Shown piece by piece: positions 9,710 through 18,243 of a stretch of 64,000 nucleotides of DNA. The translations under genes were made by a program, and so were the position numbers. The stretch spans positions 5,172 through 69,171 of the forward strand of contig CACWSW010000001.1 in the NCBI GenBank assembly GCA_902763655.1, read 5' to 3'. Under the pieces are notes generated by a model. That model searched no databases. It had not been told where the DNA came from and saw nothing but the letters and a program-made list of their open reading frames with translations. Origin of the DNA: an uncultured bacterium. GTDB taxonomy: Bacteria; Verrucomicrobiota; Kiritimatiellia; RFP12; UBA1067. Within the stretch, counting starts at the first letter, position 1; every line of letters begins with the position of its first letter.

Positions 9710-10013
9710 CCAGGTAAAGCAGGCGATGCAGATGCGCAGCCAGGCGAAGCGGCTTCAGGCCGAGATCGAGAAGATCCAGTGCGAATACTCGAACGGCGGC
9801 ATCACGGTGACGGCACGCGGCGACTTCACGATCGCATCGATCAAGATCGCCCCGGAGACTTGGAGCGAAGTCGCTTCCGGCAAGACCGAGCGTTTCGAGA
9901 CGATGCTCTTCAACGTCGTCAACGGCGCACTCAAGAGCGTCAAGAAGACGACGCAGGAACAGATGGCTAAACTGATGCAGGACGGCGGCATGAACGGCCT
10001 GTTCGGCAAGTAA
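9696..10013 (+). CDS. ybaB: nucleoid-associated protein YbaB/EbfC
   Basis: 105 aa. Typical YbaB sequence (MQMRSQAKRLQAEIEKIQ...GGITVTARGDFTI) and conserved position upstream of recR. Confidence 0.8.
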   Translation: MGIFDQVKQAMQMRSQAKRLQAEIEKIQCEYSNGGITVTARGDFTIASIKIAPETWSEVASGKTERFETMLFNVVNGALKSVKKTTQEQMAKLMQDGGMNGLFGK

Positions 10014-10018
10014 AGGTC

Positions 10019-10633
10019 GTGCTTGCGCCACTGGACACGCTAGTCGGCACGCTTTCACGCCTGCCAGGACTCGGGCGCCGCAGCGCGGGACGGGCTGCGC
10101 TCGCTCTCTTGCGCGAACCGGAACGCCTTCTCGACCCGCTTGTCCTCGCCTTGCGCGAGGCGCGTGCGGAGGTCACGTGCTGCTCGCGGTGCGGCGCGTT
10201 CACGGTCCGTTCCAAGAACCCGTGCTCGTTCTGCTCTGACGCCACGCGCGACGGATCGTCCGTCTGCGTGGTGGAGGAACCTGCGGACCTGCTGACGATC
10301 GAGTCCTCCGGCGCGTTCCGCGGCCGCTACCACGTGCTGGGCGGCAAGCTCTCGCCCGTTCGCCATCTTGGTCCGGAACGCCTTCGCATCGCCGAGCTCA
10401 AGGACCGCGTAGCGCGCGAAGGCTTCACCGAGATACTGCTGGCGCTATCCACGGACATGGAAGGTGACGCCACTGCCGGATACCTTGCGGAGGTGTTGCG
10501 CGAATGGCCGTCCGCCGATGCGCCTGTGCGCCTAACGCGACTCGCCTTCGGCCTGCCTGCCGATTCCGGCGTATCCTATTCCGATCCTCTCACGCTCCGC
10601 CGCGCGATCGTGCACCGCTGCTCGGTCACGTGA
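10019..10633 (+). CDS. recR: recombination protein RecR
   Basis: 204 aa. HhH N-terminus, Cys4 zinc finger (CSRCGAF...CSFCSD) and Toprim C-terminal region. Confidence 0.85.
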   Translation: MLAPLDTLVGTLSRLPGLGRRSAGRAALALLREPERLLDPLVLALREARAEVTCCSRCGAFTVRSKNPCSFCSDATRDGSSVCVVEEPADLLTIESSGAFRGRYHVLGGKLSPVRHLGPERLRIAELKDRVAREGFTEILLALSTDMEGDATAGYLAEVLREWPSADAPVRLTRLAFGLPADSGVSYSDPLTLRRAIVHRCSVT

Positions 10634-10635
10634 CC

Positions 10636-11796
10636 CTAGCGGGCGCGGAAGGTGCCGGGCGTGTAGCCGAATGCGGCCTTGACCGCTCGCGAGAAGTGGC
10701 TCGCGTTGCAGAAGCCGCATCGCTCGGCAATCGCCGCGACGGGAAGCGCCGTGTTGGAGAGCAGGCTTATGCCCTCGGAGAGGCGTATGCGCCGGATCTC
10801 TTCGCGGAATGTGTGCCCCAGATGCCGCAATGCCTTCATCTCGATAGTTCGGACCGATATGCCGAGCGCGTCGGCCATGACGGATATCTGCACGGACTCG
10901 CCGATATGCGCACGCACGTAGGCGACGGCGCGCGCGAGAATGGGATCCTCTATCGCGAACGCGTCTGTTGACCTGCGCGTCACGATGCGCGGGTAGGCGA
11001 TGTCCACGAGCGGCTCCACGGGACGCCCGTGAAGGAGGTTGTCGAGGATGTGCGCGCAGAGGCGGCCCGTGTTCTCGCCGTCGAGGGCGATCGAGGACAG
11101 GGGAGGAGTGGTCGTCTCGCAGAGGATGGCGTCGTCGTCCGTGGAGAGGACGGACACGCCCTCCGGCACGCGTATGCCGGCGTCCATGCACGCGGCGAGT
11201 ATCTGCTGGCCGCGCATGTCCTTTACAGTGTAGAGGGCCGTGGAGTTGGGAAGGGCGGCAAGCCAGGCACCGAGTCGAGGCGCCTCGATGGCGAAGTCGG
11301 CCACTTCCTCCGGCGAGGGGTCGGGGTACACTGCGCATGGAAGACCTTCCTTCGCGAGACGCGCCGTGAATCCCTCGCGCCGACCGTCGGACCAGTCTGC
11401 CGTGCGCACGGCGCCCACGAACGCGAAAGAGCGATACCCGCGCGCTAGGAAGTACTCGGCGGCGAGCCGGCCGAGGTTCTGGTGGTCGCGGCGGACGAAC
11501 ACGCAGCCCTTTGGCGGACGGCGCTTGCCCTGCGGAGGATTGATGAACACCGCCGGCCGCTTGAGTGCGGCCAGTCGGGAGATAAGCTCGGGATGCGCAG
11601 AGAGGGCGATGACGCCGGAGCACTTCCAGTCCGCTATCCGGCGGAGTCCCTGCCCGGCTATGTCGCCGGTGTTAAGGTGGAACATCCACGGACCGTGGTC
11701 GCGGGCGTACGACAGCACACCTTCAAGGATGCGGCGCTGCGTGAAGTTCGCCGTCGGGAGCGTCACGAGTATCTTCGGAATCGATGACATGCGCAT
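10636..11796 (-). CDS. XylR-like transcriptional regulator (periplasmic-binding-fold sensor + AraC-type HTH)
   Basis: 386 aa. N-terminal LacI/PBP-like sugar-sensor fold and C-terminal AraC HTH (YVRAHIGESVQISVMADALGISVRTIE...FGYTPGTFR). Confidence 0.7.
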   Translation of the reverse strand: MRMSSIPKILVTLPTANFTQRRILEGVLSYARDHGPWMFHLNTGDIAGQGLRRIADWKCSGVIALSAHPELISRLAALKRPAVFINPPQGKRRPPKGCVFVRRDHQNLGRLAAEYFLARGYRSFAFVGAVRTADWSDGRREGFTARLAKEGLPCAVYPDPSPEEVADFAIEAPRLGAWLAALPNSTALYTVKDMRGQQILAACMDAGIRVPEGVSVLSTDDDAILCETTTPPLSSIALDGENTGRLCAHILDNLLHGRPVEPLVDIAYPRIVTRRSTDAFAIEDPILARAVAYVRAHIGESVQISVMADALGISVRTIEMKALRHLGHTFREEIRRIRLSEGISLLSNTALPVAAIAERCGFCNASHFSRAVKAAFGYTPGTFRAR

Positions 11797-11855
11797 AGTG
11801 TACCATAATGGCGGCGTGTCACATCGGGCGGCAATGTGATATAATTACGACCGCC

Positions 11856-13349
11856 ATGAAGATGCTGTCGTCCATATGCCTGGCGGCTGGACTCGCCGCG
11901 CAGGCCGTGCCGGTCACGAACCTGTCCTGGTCGCTTTCGCGCTTTGCGCGGATCGAGGGCAAGTTCCTTGTTGTCGACGTGCCGCCCGAGAAGGCCCGCG
12001 AGGGCGGTCGCGGCGTGGCGTACGTGGACCTGTCCAAGTTCGACGGCAAGTGCATCAAGGCCGAGATCGTGGCGAGAGGCGAGAACATCAGCAAGCCGCG
12101 CGACTCGTGGAACGGACTCAAGTTCATGTTCCATTACAAGGATGCAGAGTCCGGAATCGACTACTGGCCGAACACGAGGACCCGCCTCGGCAGCTTCCCG
12201 ACGCAGACGATCACGGTCTCCGACTCGCGTCACGGAAGGAAGGCGGGCCGCGCAGAGCTGTCGCTCGGCCTGCAGGATTCCAGCGGCAAGGTCGTGTTCG
12301 ACCTTTCGACTCTGCGGATCGACCAGGAGGAGGATCTCTATCCGGTCACGAACCAGAGCTACCGCGTCTCCTACCCGGACCGCGTGCGCAACCGTCCCGT
12401 GCTGCGCGGCGTGATGCTGCCTGGAGGTCGGTGCAGGGAGGATGACTTCCGCACGCTCCGCGAATGGGGCGCGACGCTTGCGCGCTACCAGATGACGCGC
12501 AACTTCTCCGCCATCGGCAAGGACCGCGATCTCGACGAGTACGACCGCTGGCTTGACGGCAAGCTCGACCACCTCGAGCGCGACGTGCTCCCGTGGGCCG
12601 CGAAGTACGGCATCAAGATCGTCGTGGACATGCACTGCCCGCCTGGCGGGCGCGATCCCGACAAGGACTGGACGATGTACCACGACGCGAAGTACGCAGA
12701 CCATTTCATCGCGTGCTGGCGGCGGATCGCGACGCGCTTCAGGTGCAGGCCAGAGATCTACGGCTTCGACCTCATCAACGAGCCGACGCAGACGCGCCGC
12801 GCGGTCTGCGACTACTGGACCATCCAGAAGCGCGCCGCCGAGGCCATCCGCGCTATCGACCCGGAGACGACGATAATAATCGAGTCGAACGGCTGGGACT
12901 CGGCAGACACGTTCAGCTATCTCTCGCCGCTCGCGATGGACAACGTGATCTACCAGGTGCACATGTACCAGCCCGGCGAGTACACGCACCAGGGTGTCCA
13001 CTGCGCCGACGACAACTATCCGAAGTTCGCTTACCCGAACGCGAAGAAGGGCTGGAACCGCGACTTCATCCGCAAGAGGCTCGCGCCCGTGCGCGCGTTC
13101 GAGAAGCGCCACAACGCGAAGATCTACGTGGGCGAGTTCAGCGCGATCACATGGGCCGAGGGCGCGGGACAGTACATCGCGGACTGCATATCGCTGTTCG
13201 AGGAATACGGATGGGACTGGACCTACCACGCGTTCCGCGAGTGGCCGGGATGGAGCGTGGAACACGAGGTGGACGGCAAGCGCGGCAAGTACAAGCCGTC
13301 CGCCGACAACCCGCGCCGCAGGGCGCTTCTCGAGGGCTTCGCGCGCTGA
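11856..13349 (+). CDS. secreted glycoside hydrolase family 5 (cellulase/mannanase-like) with N-terminal accessory domain
   Basis: Signal peptide MKMLSSICLAAGLAAQA. GH5 catalytic signatures FDLINEP (acid/base Glu) and YVGEFSAI (nucleophile Glu). Confidence 0.7.
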   Translation: MKMLSSICLAAGLAAQAVPVTNLSWSLSRFARIEGKFLVVDVPPEKAREGGRGVAYVDLSKFDGKCIKAEIVARGENISKPRDSWNGLKFMFHYKDAESGIDYWPNTRTRLGSFPTQTITVSDSRHGRKAGRAELSLGLQDSSGKVVFDLSTLRIDQEEDLYPVTNQSYRVSYPDRVRNRPVLRGVMLPGGRCREDDFRTLREWGATLARYQMTRNFSAIGKDRDLDEYDRWLDGKLDHLERDVLPWAAKYGIKIVVDMHCPPGGRDPDKDWTMYHDAKYADHFIACWRRIATRFRCRPEIYGFDLINEPTQTRRAVCDYWTIQKRAAEAIRAIDPETTIIIESNGWDSADTFSYLSPLAMDNVIYQVHMYQPGEYTHQGVHCADDNYPKFAYPNAKKGWNRDFIRKRLAPVRAFEKRHNAKIYVGEFSAITWAEGAGQYIADCISLFEEYGWDWTYHAFREWPGWSVEHEVDGKRGKYKPSADNPRRRALLEGFAR

Positions 13350-13371
13350 AATCACGGAAGGACGTTTCTAG

Positions 13372-14055
13372 ATGGATAGAGCGGACATCAAGGCTGTGGT
13401 GGTGCTGAGCGGAGGACAGGATTCCGCTACGTGCCTCGCGCTCGCGGTGCGGAAGTATGGCGCAGGCCACGTGGCGGCGATAACGTTCCGTTACGGCCAG
13501 CGCCACGCGCTTGAGACTAAGTTCGCGCGCGGACTCTCGCGCCACTTCGGCATCGCGAGCCACAAGGTGGTGTCTCTCGGCTTCTACCGCCAGCTCACCA
13601 CCAACGCGCTCATGGATCCCGCGCAGAAGATAGAGCGCCGGAAGGGGAGCGCCTGCCCTACCACGGTGGTCGAAGGACGCAACGCCTTCTTCCTGCTGGC
13701 GGCGGCGGTTTGGGCGAAGTCGCTCGGGGCCAAGGAGATATACACTGGGGTGTCGGAGGCCGACTACTCCGGCTATCCGGACTGCCGCGCCGCGTTCATC
13801 CGCGCACAGCAACGCATGCTGCGCCTTGCTCTAGAGTGGCCCGTGCGGATAGTCACGCCTTTCATCCGCATGACAAAGGCCGAGGAGTGGGCGCTCGCGG
13901 ACCGGCTAGGCATATTCGAACTCGTGCGCGACCGCACGCTCACCTGCTACAACGGCATCCCGGGCGCGGGCTGCGGCAAGTGCCCGGCCTGCCGGCTGCG
14001 CAACAACGGACTCAAGGAGTACAATGCTCACCGTCACGAAAAGCATAAAGTTTGA
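13372..14055 (+). CDS. queC: 7-cyano-7-deazaguanine synthase
   Basis: 227 aa. VVVLSGGQDSATCLA PP-loop motif and C-terminal zinc motif CYNGIPGAGCGKCPACRLR. Confidence 0.85.
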   Translation: MDRADIKAVVVLSGGQDSATCLALAVRKYGAGHVAAITFRYGQRHALETKFARGLSRHFGIASHKVVSLGFYRQLTTNALMDPAQKIERRKGSACPTTVVEGRNAFFLLAAAVWAKSLGAKEIYTGVSEADYSGYPDCRAAFIRAQQRMLRLALEWPVRIVTPFIRMTKAEEWALADRLGIFELVRDRTLTCYNGIPGAGCGKCPACRLRNNGLKEYNAHRHEKHKV

Positions 14056-14437
14056 CGCGGCGCACGTCCTGACGAACCATCAGGGGCTCTGCAAGAACCT
14101 CCACGGACACACGTACCGCGTGGAGGTGTCGGTCACTCAGCCGCCGGAATCCACTGCGGACATGGTGATCGACTTCAAGGACCTGAAGCATATATGCGAG
14201 GAGACGATCATCGCGCGCTTCGACCACGCGTTCATTTACGACAGCACTTCGGAGGGGGAGAGCGAGATAGCGGCCGTCGTCACGAAGCACGGCATGCGCG
14301 CCGTGGCGCTTCCGTTCCGGTCGACGGCCGAGAACCTCGCGCGGCACTTCTACGAGCAGCTTTCCACCAGCGTGCCCGGCCTCAGCGCCGTGCGCGTCTG
14401 GGAAACACCTGATTCATGTGCGGAGTACAAGAAATGA
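14024..14437 (+). CDS. queD: 6-carboxy-5,6,7,8-tetrahydropterin synthase
   Basis: 137 aa. KFDAAHVL...CKNLHGHTYRVEV QueD/PTPS signature. Overlaps the queC 3' end. Confidence 0.8.
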   Translation: MLTVTKSIKFDAAHVLTNHQGLCKNLHGHTYRVEVSVTQPPESTADMVIDFKDLKHICEETIIARFDHAFIYDSTSEGESEIAAVVTKHGMRAVALPFRSTAENLARHFYEQLSTSVPGLSAVRVWETPDSCAEYKK

Positions 14438-15060
14438 GCGTATACCACCTGCGTTCCATATTTTCGTCGTTGCAGGGCGAAGGCCGAAATTCTGGCCGCC
14501 CCGCCACGTTCGTGCGTTTCGCCACCTGCAACCTGAACTGCAAATGGTGCGACGCGCACAAGTCCGAACGCCTTGCGCTGACCGTCACGGAAGTGATGAA
14601 GGAAGTCGAGAAGCGAAACAACCGCTCGGTCGTTATCACGGGCGGAGAGCCGACTATCCAGCATGGCCTGACCGACCTCGTGCGAGCGCTGAAGGGCTCT
14701 GGATACTGGGTGGCCCTGGAGACGAACGGCGTCAACAGGCCGCACCATCCCGAGCTGTTCGACTACATCTCGGTATCGCCGAAGAGCGAATACTCCGCCC
14801 GCTACTCTGACGAGCGCATGCTCCACCAGGCTAACGAGGTGCGCATAGTGGCGGTGACGGACGAGATCTCCGCCTTCTGCCGCAACATGCGCGAGCGCAT
14901 CACGGCGACGGACTACTACATCTCGCCGCTGGAACAGGACGGCAAGATACACTACCGCCGCGCGCTCAACCTGCTGGTGAAGCTGAACAAGCTCACGCCT
15001 GGCATCACGCCTCCGTGGTCACTGTCGATCCAGATGCACAAGGTCCTCGGCATCCGCTGA
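14434..15060 (+). CDS. queE: 7-carboxy-7-deazaguanine synthase (radical SAM)
   Basis: Start at MSVYHLRS. RFATCNLNCKWCD radical-SAM cysteine motif of QueE. Confidence 0.8.
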   Translation: MSVYHLRSIFSSLQGEGRNSGRPATFVRFATCNLNCKWCDAHKSERLALTVTEVMKEVEKRNNRSVVITGGEPTIQHGLTDLVRALKGSGYWVALETNGVNRPHHPELFDYISVSPKSEYSARYSDERMLHQANEVRIVAVTDEISAFCRNMRERITATDYYISPLEQDGKIHYRRALNLLVKLNKLTPGITPPWSLSIQMHKVLGIR

Positions 15061-15125
15061 CGGCGGTTGACTGCGCGGCCTAGGATATGCTATCCTTTTC
15101 GCAACCACAACCAAGGAGTAAAAAA

Positions 15126-15485
15126 ATGGCATGCTTCACAGTTCCCCTCGCGACGGCCGTAGTGGCCAGCGCCGCGAAGACAGCTCTGCCCGCATCGGCG
15201 CAGAAGAACCCATTTGTCGCCAAGCTGGGCTGGCTTGGCAAGATGATGTTCGGTGGCAGCTTCCTGCTGGCCATCGAGCACGTCTACCACGGAGAGATCA
15301 TATTCACGCCGCCGTTCCTCACCGCGGTGAAGGAAGGTCCCGAGGCTACCTCGGACATGCTGCACGAGATGGCCACGCGCGGCGTCGCCATGGCGGTGCT
15401 GCTGGGCGTGGTGTGGGTGGCCATGGTCGGAATCAGCACGTGGCTTGAACGTTCGAAGGCGGCCGTGCCGCAGCAGGAGGCCTAA
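15126..15485 (+). CDS. small membrane protein, unknown function
   Basis: AAGGAG RBS before the ATG at 15126. Two predicted TM segments. Confidence 0.4.
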   Translation: MACFTVPLATAVVASAAKTALPASAQKNPFVAKLGWLGKMMFGGSFLLAIEHVYHGEIIFTPPFLTAVKEGPEATSDMLHEMATRGVAMAVLLGVVWVAMVGISTWLERSKAAVPQQEA

Positions 15486-15488
15486 GCC

Positions 15489-15770
15489 ATGTGCGAGATC
15501 ATGACCATTGTCGCCGCGCTCGCGTTCACGGCGCTCTACTACTTCGGTAAGAAAAAGGGCAAGCCCAGCAAGGCCATCTTCACGACGATGCTGATGTTCT
15601 GGGGCGCGGCGCTCATGTGGAGCGTCGACTGCATCGCCAACAAGCTTGACGGCGAGGAGCTCTTCGACATCAGCCGCGAGGACACGGTCCTCGGCTTCAT
15701 CATTCTCGGCGCCGGCCTGCTCGTGTTCGGGGCTCTCAGCCTCTTCGGCCGCCGCCAAGTGCAGGTCTGA
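15489..15770 (+). CDS. small membrane protein, unknown function
   Basis: 93 aa. Three hydrophobic helices. Tightly linked to the preceding gene. Confidence 0.4.
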   Translation: MCEIMTIVAALAFTALYYFGKKKGKPSKAIFTTMLMFWGAALMWSVDCIANKLDGEELFDISREDTVLGFIILGAGLLVFGALSLFGRRQVQV

Positions 15771-15787
15771 AGCAAAAGGAATCAGCG

Positions 15788-16843
15788 ATGGGCAACTCAA
15801 TCGAATCGATGCCTTGGGGCAGCTTCGAGGGACGCGATGTGCGCCTGTGGCGCCTCGTGAACGCTAACGGCATGGAGCTTGACTTCACCGACTACGGCGG
15901 TCGCCTGATCAAGGCGATCGTTCCCGACCGCGACGGCAAGCTCGACAACGTGACGCTAGGCTGGAACACCCTGGACGAGTATGTGGTGGAGCACGGCGGC
16001 ACCTACTACGGCGCGCTCGTGGGCCGCTACGGCAACCGCATACGCGACGGCAAGTTCACGCTCGGCGGCAAGGAGTACGTGCTTGAGTGCACTAACGCGC
16101 CGGGCGGCATCCCGTGCGCGCTGCACGGCGGAACGCGCGGCTTCTCCCTGCGTTGCTGGGACGTGGTCGAGGAGATCCATACCGACGACAAGGTCGGCCT
16201 CGTCATGGAAATAACCTCTCCTGACGGCGAGGGCGGATATCCGGGCAACGTGAAGGTGCGCGCCACCCTCACGCTCGACAACGCGAACGTCTGGCGCATC
16301 GGCTGGGAGGCCACCACCGACCAGGCGACGCCGCTCTCCCTCACCGAGCACGCCTACTGGAACCTGAACGGCGCGGCGAGCGGCACGACCATCATGGATC
16401 ACACGATGCAGATCAGCGCCGACCGCTTCACGCCCTACAACGTGGGCATGATCCCGACCGGCGAGCTGCGTTCCGTGGAAGGCACGCCGTTCGACTTCCG
16501 CCAGCCGCACGCGATAGGCGCGAACCACGACGCGGACGACGACTGCCTGAAGTACGGCGCGGGCTACGACATCAACTGGGTGGTGAACGGCTGGGACGGC
16601 ACTACTCTCCGCCACGCCTGCACTCTCGCCTCCGCGGCGACGGGCAGGAAGCTGGAGGTGTGGACCACCGAGCCCGGCATGCAGGTGTACGACGGCTACT
16701 ACCTGCCTGTCCGCAACTCTGGCGTTGCGCTGGAGACGCAGCACTTCCCTGACTCGCCGAACAAGCCGGAGTTCCCGACGACCATCGTGCAGCCGGGCCA
16801 GACGCTGCGCACGGCGACAGAATACCGTTTCTCGGCGAGCTGA
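15788..16843 (+). CDS. galM: aldose 1-epimerase (galactose mutarotase)
   Basis: 351 aa. GWNTLDEY / YYGALVGRYGNRI / HGG motifs of the GalM family. Confidence 0.8.
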   Translation: MGNSIESMPWGSFEGRDVRLWRLVNANGMELDFTDYGGRLIKAIVPDRDGKLDNVTLGWNTLDEYVVEHGGTYYGALVGRYGNRIRDGKFTLGGKEYVLECTNAPGGIPCALHGGTRGFSLRCWDVVEEIHTDDKVGLVMEITSPDGEGGYPGNVKVRATLTLDNANVWRIGWEATTDQATPLSLTEHAYWNLNGAASGTTIMDHTMQISADRFTPYNVGMIPTGELRSVEGTPFDFRQPHAIGANHDADDDCLKYGAGYDINWVVNGWDGTTLRHACTLASAATGRKLEVWTTEPGMQVYDGYYLPVRNSGVALETQHFPDSPNKPEFPTTIVQPGQTLRTATEYRFSAS

Positions 16844-16904
16844 GGATGCCGACGGTTGCCAGCGGGAAGGGGATTTGGTATCATATACGCCCGTTCCCGC
16901 GAGT

Positions 16905-16981
16905 TGCGACTGTAGCTCAATTGGATAGAGCGTTGGCCTCCGAAGCCGAAGGTTGCTGGTTCGATCCCAGTCAGTCGCACC
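16905..16981 (+). tRNA. tRNA-Arg (anticodon CCG)
   Basis: Manual cloverleaf: acceptor GCGACTG/CAGTCGC, D-stem GCTC/GAGC, anticodon stem TTGGC/GCCGA with loop CTCCGAA, T-arm GCTGG-TTCGATC-CCAGT, discriminator A plus CCA. Confidence 0.8.
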
Positions 16982-16983
16982 AA
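16957..16983. repeat. attL core: 27-bp direct repeat GGTTCGATCCCAGTCAGTCGCACCAAT (3' end of tRNA-Arg)
   Basis: Exact 27/27 match with 63486-63512. Flanking bases differ on both sides. Confidence 0.7.
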
Positions 16984-16997
16984 TAGACAAAGCAAAA

Positions 16998-17024
16998 AAG
17001 CACTGCAAAACCAGTGCTTTTTTT
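16998..17024 (+). terminator. rho-independent terminator after tRNA-Arg
   Basis: Stem AGCACTG / CAGTGCT with loop CAAAAC, followed by TTTTTTTG. Confidence 0.5.
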
Positions 17025-17043
17025 GTTTCGTTCGGCTATTGAG

Positions 17044-17110
17044 TTATGATACAGAATATGATACAATTCCTGCCAGAGAAAAAGAACGCAATAAGGGAAA
17101 TGAGCGAAAA
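17044..17110. repeat. att-proximal repeat block (ATGATACAGAAT ATGATACAAT ... AACGCAATAAGGGAAATGAGCGAAAA); second copy at 63395-63450
   Basis: 24-bp near-identical segment (1 mismatch) plus a 26-bp related segment in the same order. It lies just inside both prophage ends. Candidate integrase arm-type sites. Confidence 0.45.
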
Positions 17111-18243
17111 TGCTTTATAAAAACAACGGCGGAAAGAACTGGTGGGTGATGTTCCGGGACCCTCGTCGGCCAGGAAAATTCATCCGCCAATCGACCGGCA
17201 CGTCCTCCATCGAGCATGCGCGGTCGATCGAGGAGGCCATGCACCTGTCGATCAAGGGCAAGATAGACGACAAGAAGATGAAATCCATCCTCGACGCAAT
17301 CTTCCCTAGGGAGCGCGAGGGATCCGGTCTGCCGATCGGCCAGCTGTGGGCGACGTACGAGCGGTTCATGTCGATGCGCGATCGCAAGCCGGGCGAACGG
17401 CTCGTAAAGCAGCGGAAGAAAAACCTCGAGGACTTCATCGAATGGACGAAGACAGAATTCCCGGTCACGACGGTCGAGGAGGTGACGTTCGACTGCGCGA
17501 TGGCGTACGCCGAATTCCTGAAGAAGAAGTCGAAGCCGAAGGACAAAAAGCACAAGGCGAAGCTGAAGGACAAGAGCCGGAAGGAATACATCGGAAACCT
17601 GTCCACGATCTGGAAGGCTGCCGAGGCGCTGTACGACGTCCGCAACCCGTGGAAGGATCTCCGTCCGGCCGTGCGCGACGGGCAGCGCCACGCCGCTTTC
17701 TCGCGCGCCCAGGAGCGCGCCGTGCTGGAGGCCGCGAAAGCGAGCGCCGTGCCGCATTGGTACGAGGCGTGCCTAATCGCCCGGTGGACCGGACTCCGTA
17801 AACACGATGTCGTGTTCCTGGAATGGAGCAAGGTGGATTTCGAAAAGGGCGTCATTCGCACGAAGCCGATCAAGACGCAAGGCTACAACATCGAGGTCGA
17901 AGTGCCGATGGTGGCCGTTCTGCGCGACGCCCTGAAGGGCCTGTTCGTGAAGGGCAGGAAGTACGTGCTTCCGGAGTTCGCGAAAGTCTATCCGGGCGAT
18001 CCGGAAGACTGCGCCTTCGCCGGGATCCTGAAGGCCGCCGGCGTGACCGATCCGACGATCACGTTTCACAGTTGGCGGCACACCTTCAGGACACGCCTTG
18101 CGGAGGCCGGAGTCAGCAACGACCTCGCAAAGCGCCTCGGCGGATGGACGCAGGACGCGACCGTGCAACGGTACGACCACGCCGACAAAACGGAGGAGAT
18201 TCGCCAGGCGCTCGAGTCTACTTCTTCTGCGGCTCGTCCTTGA
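17110..18243 (+). CDS. int: tyrosine recombinase / phage integrase
   Basis: 377 aa. C-terminal catalytic region HSWRHTFRTRLAEAGV...LGGWT...VQRYDH (R..HxxR..Y). Immediately adjacent to the tRNA attL. Confidence 0.85.
   Translation: MLYKNNGGKNWWVMFRDPRRPGKFIRQSTGTSSIEHARSIEEAMHLSIKGKIDDKKMKSILDAIFPREREGSGLPIGQLWATYERFMSMRDRKPGERLVKQRKKNLEDFIEWTKTEFPVTTVEEVTFDCAMAYAEFLKKKSKPKDKKHKAKLKDKSRKEYIGNLSTIWKAAEALYDVRNPWKDLRPAVRDGQRHAAFSRAQERAVLEAAKASAVPHWYEACLIARWTGLRKHDVVFLEWSKVDFEKGVIRTKPIKTQGYNIEVEVPMVAVLRDALKGLFVKGRKYVLPEFAKVYPGDPEDCAFAGILKAAGVTDPTITFHSWRHTFRTRLAEAGVSNDLAKRLGGWTQDATVQRYDHADKTEEIRQALESTSSAARP

Noticed and set aside
13372-15060. queC-queD-queE as a phage-type 7-deazaguanine DNA-modification (dpd-like) cluster
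   Set aside because: The genes lie outside the att-bounded prophage in host context. No DpdA/TGT-like transglycosylase or queF/folE companion is visible. Ordinary tRNA queuosine precursor synthesis is the conservative reading.
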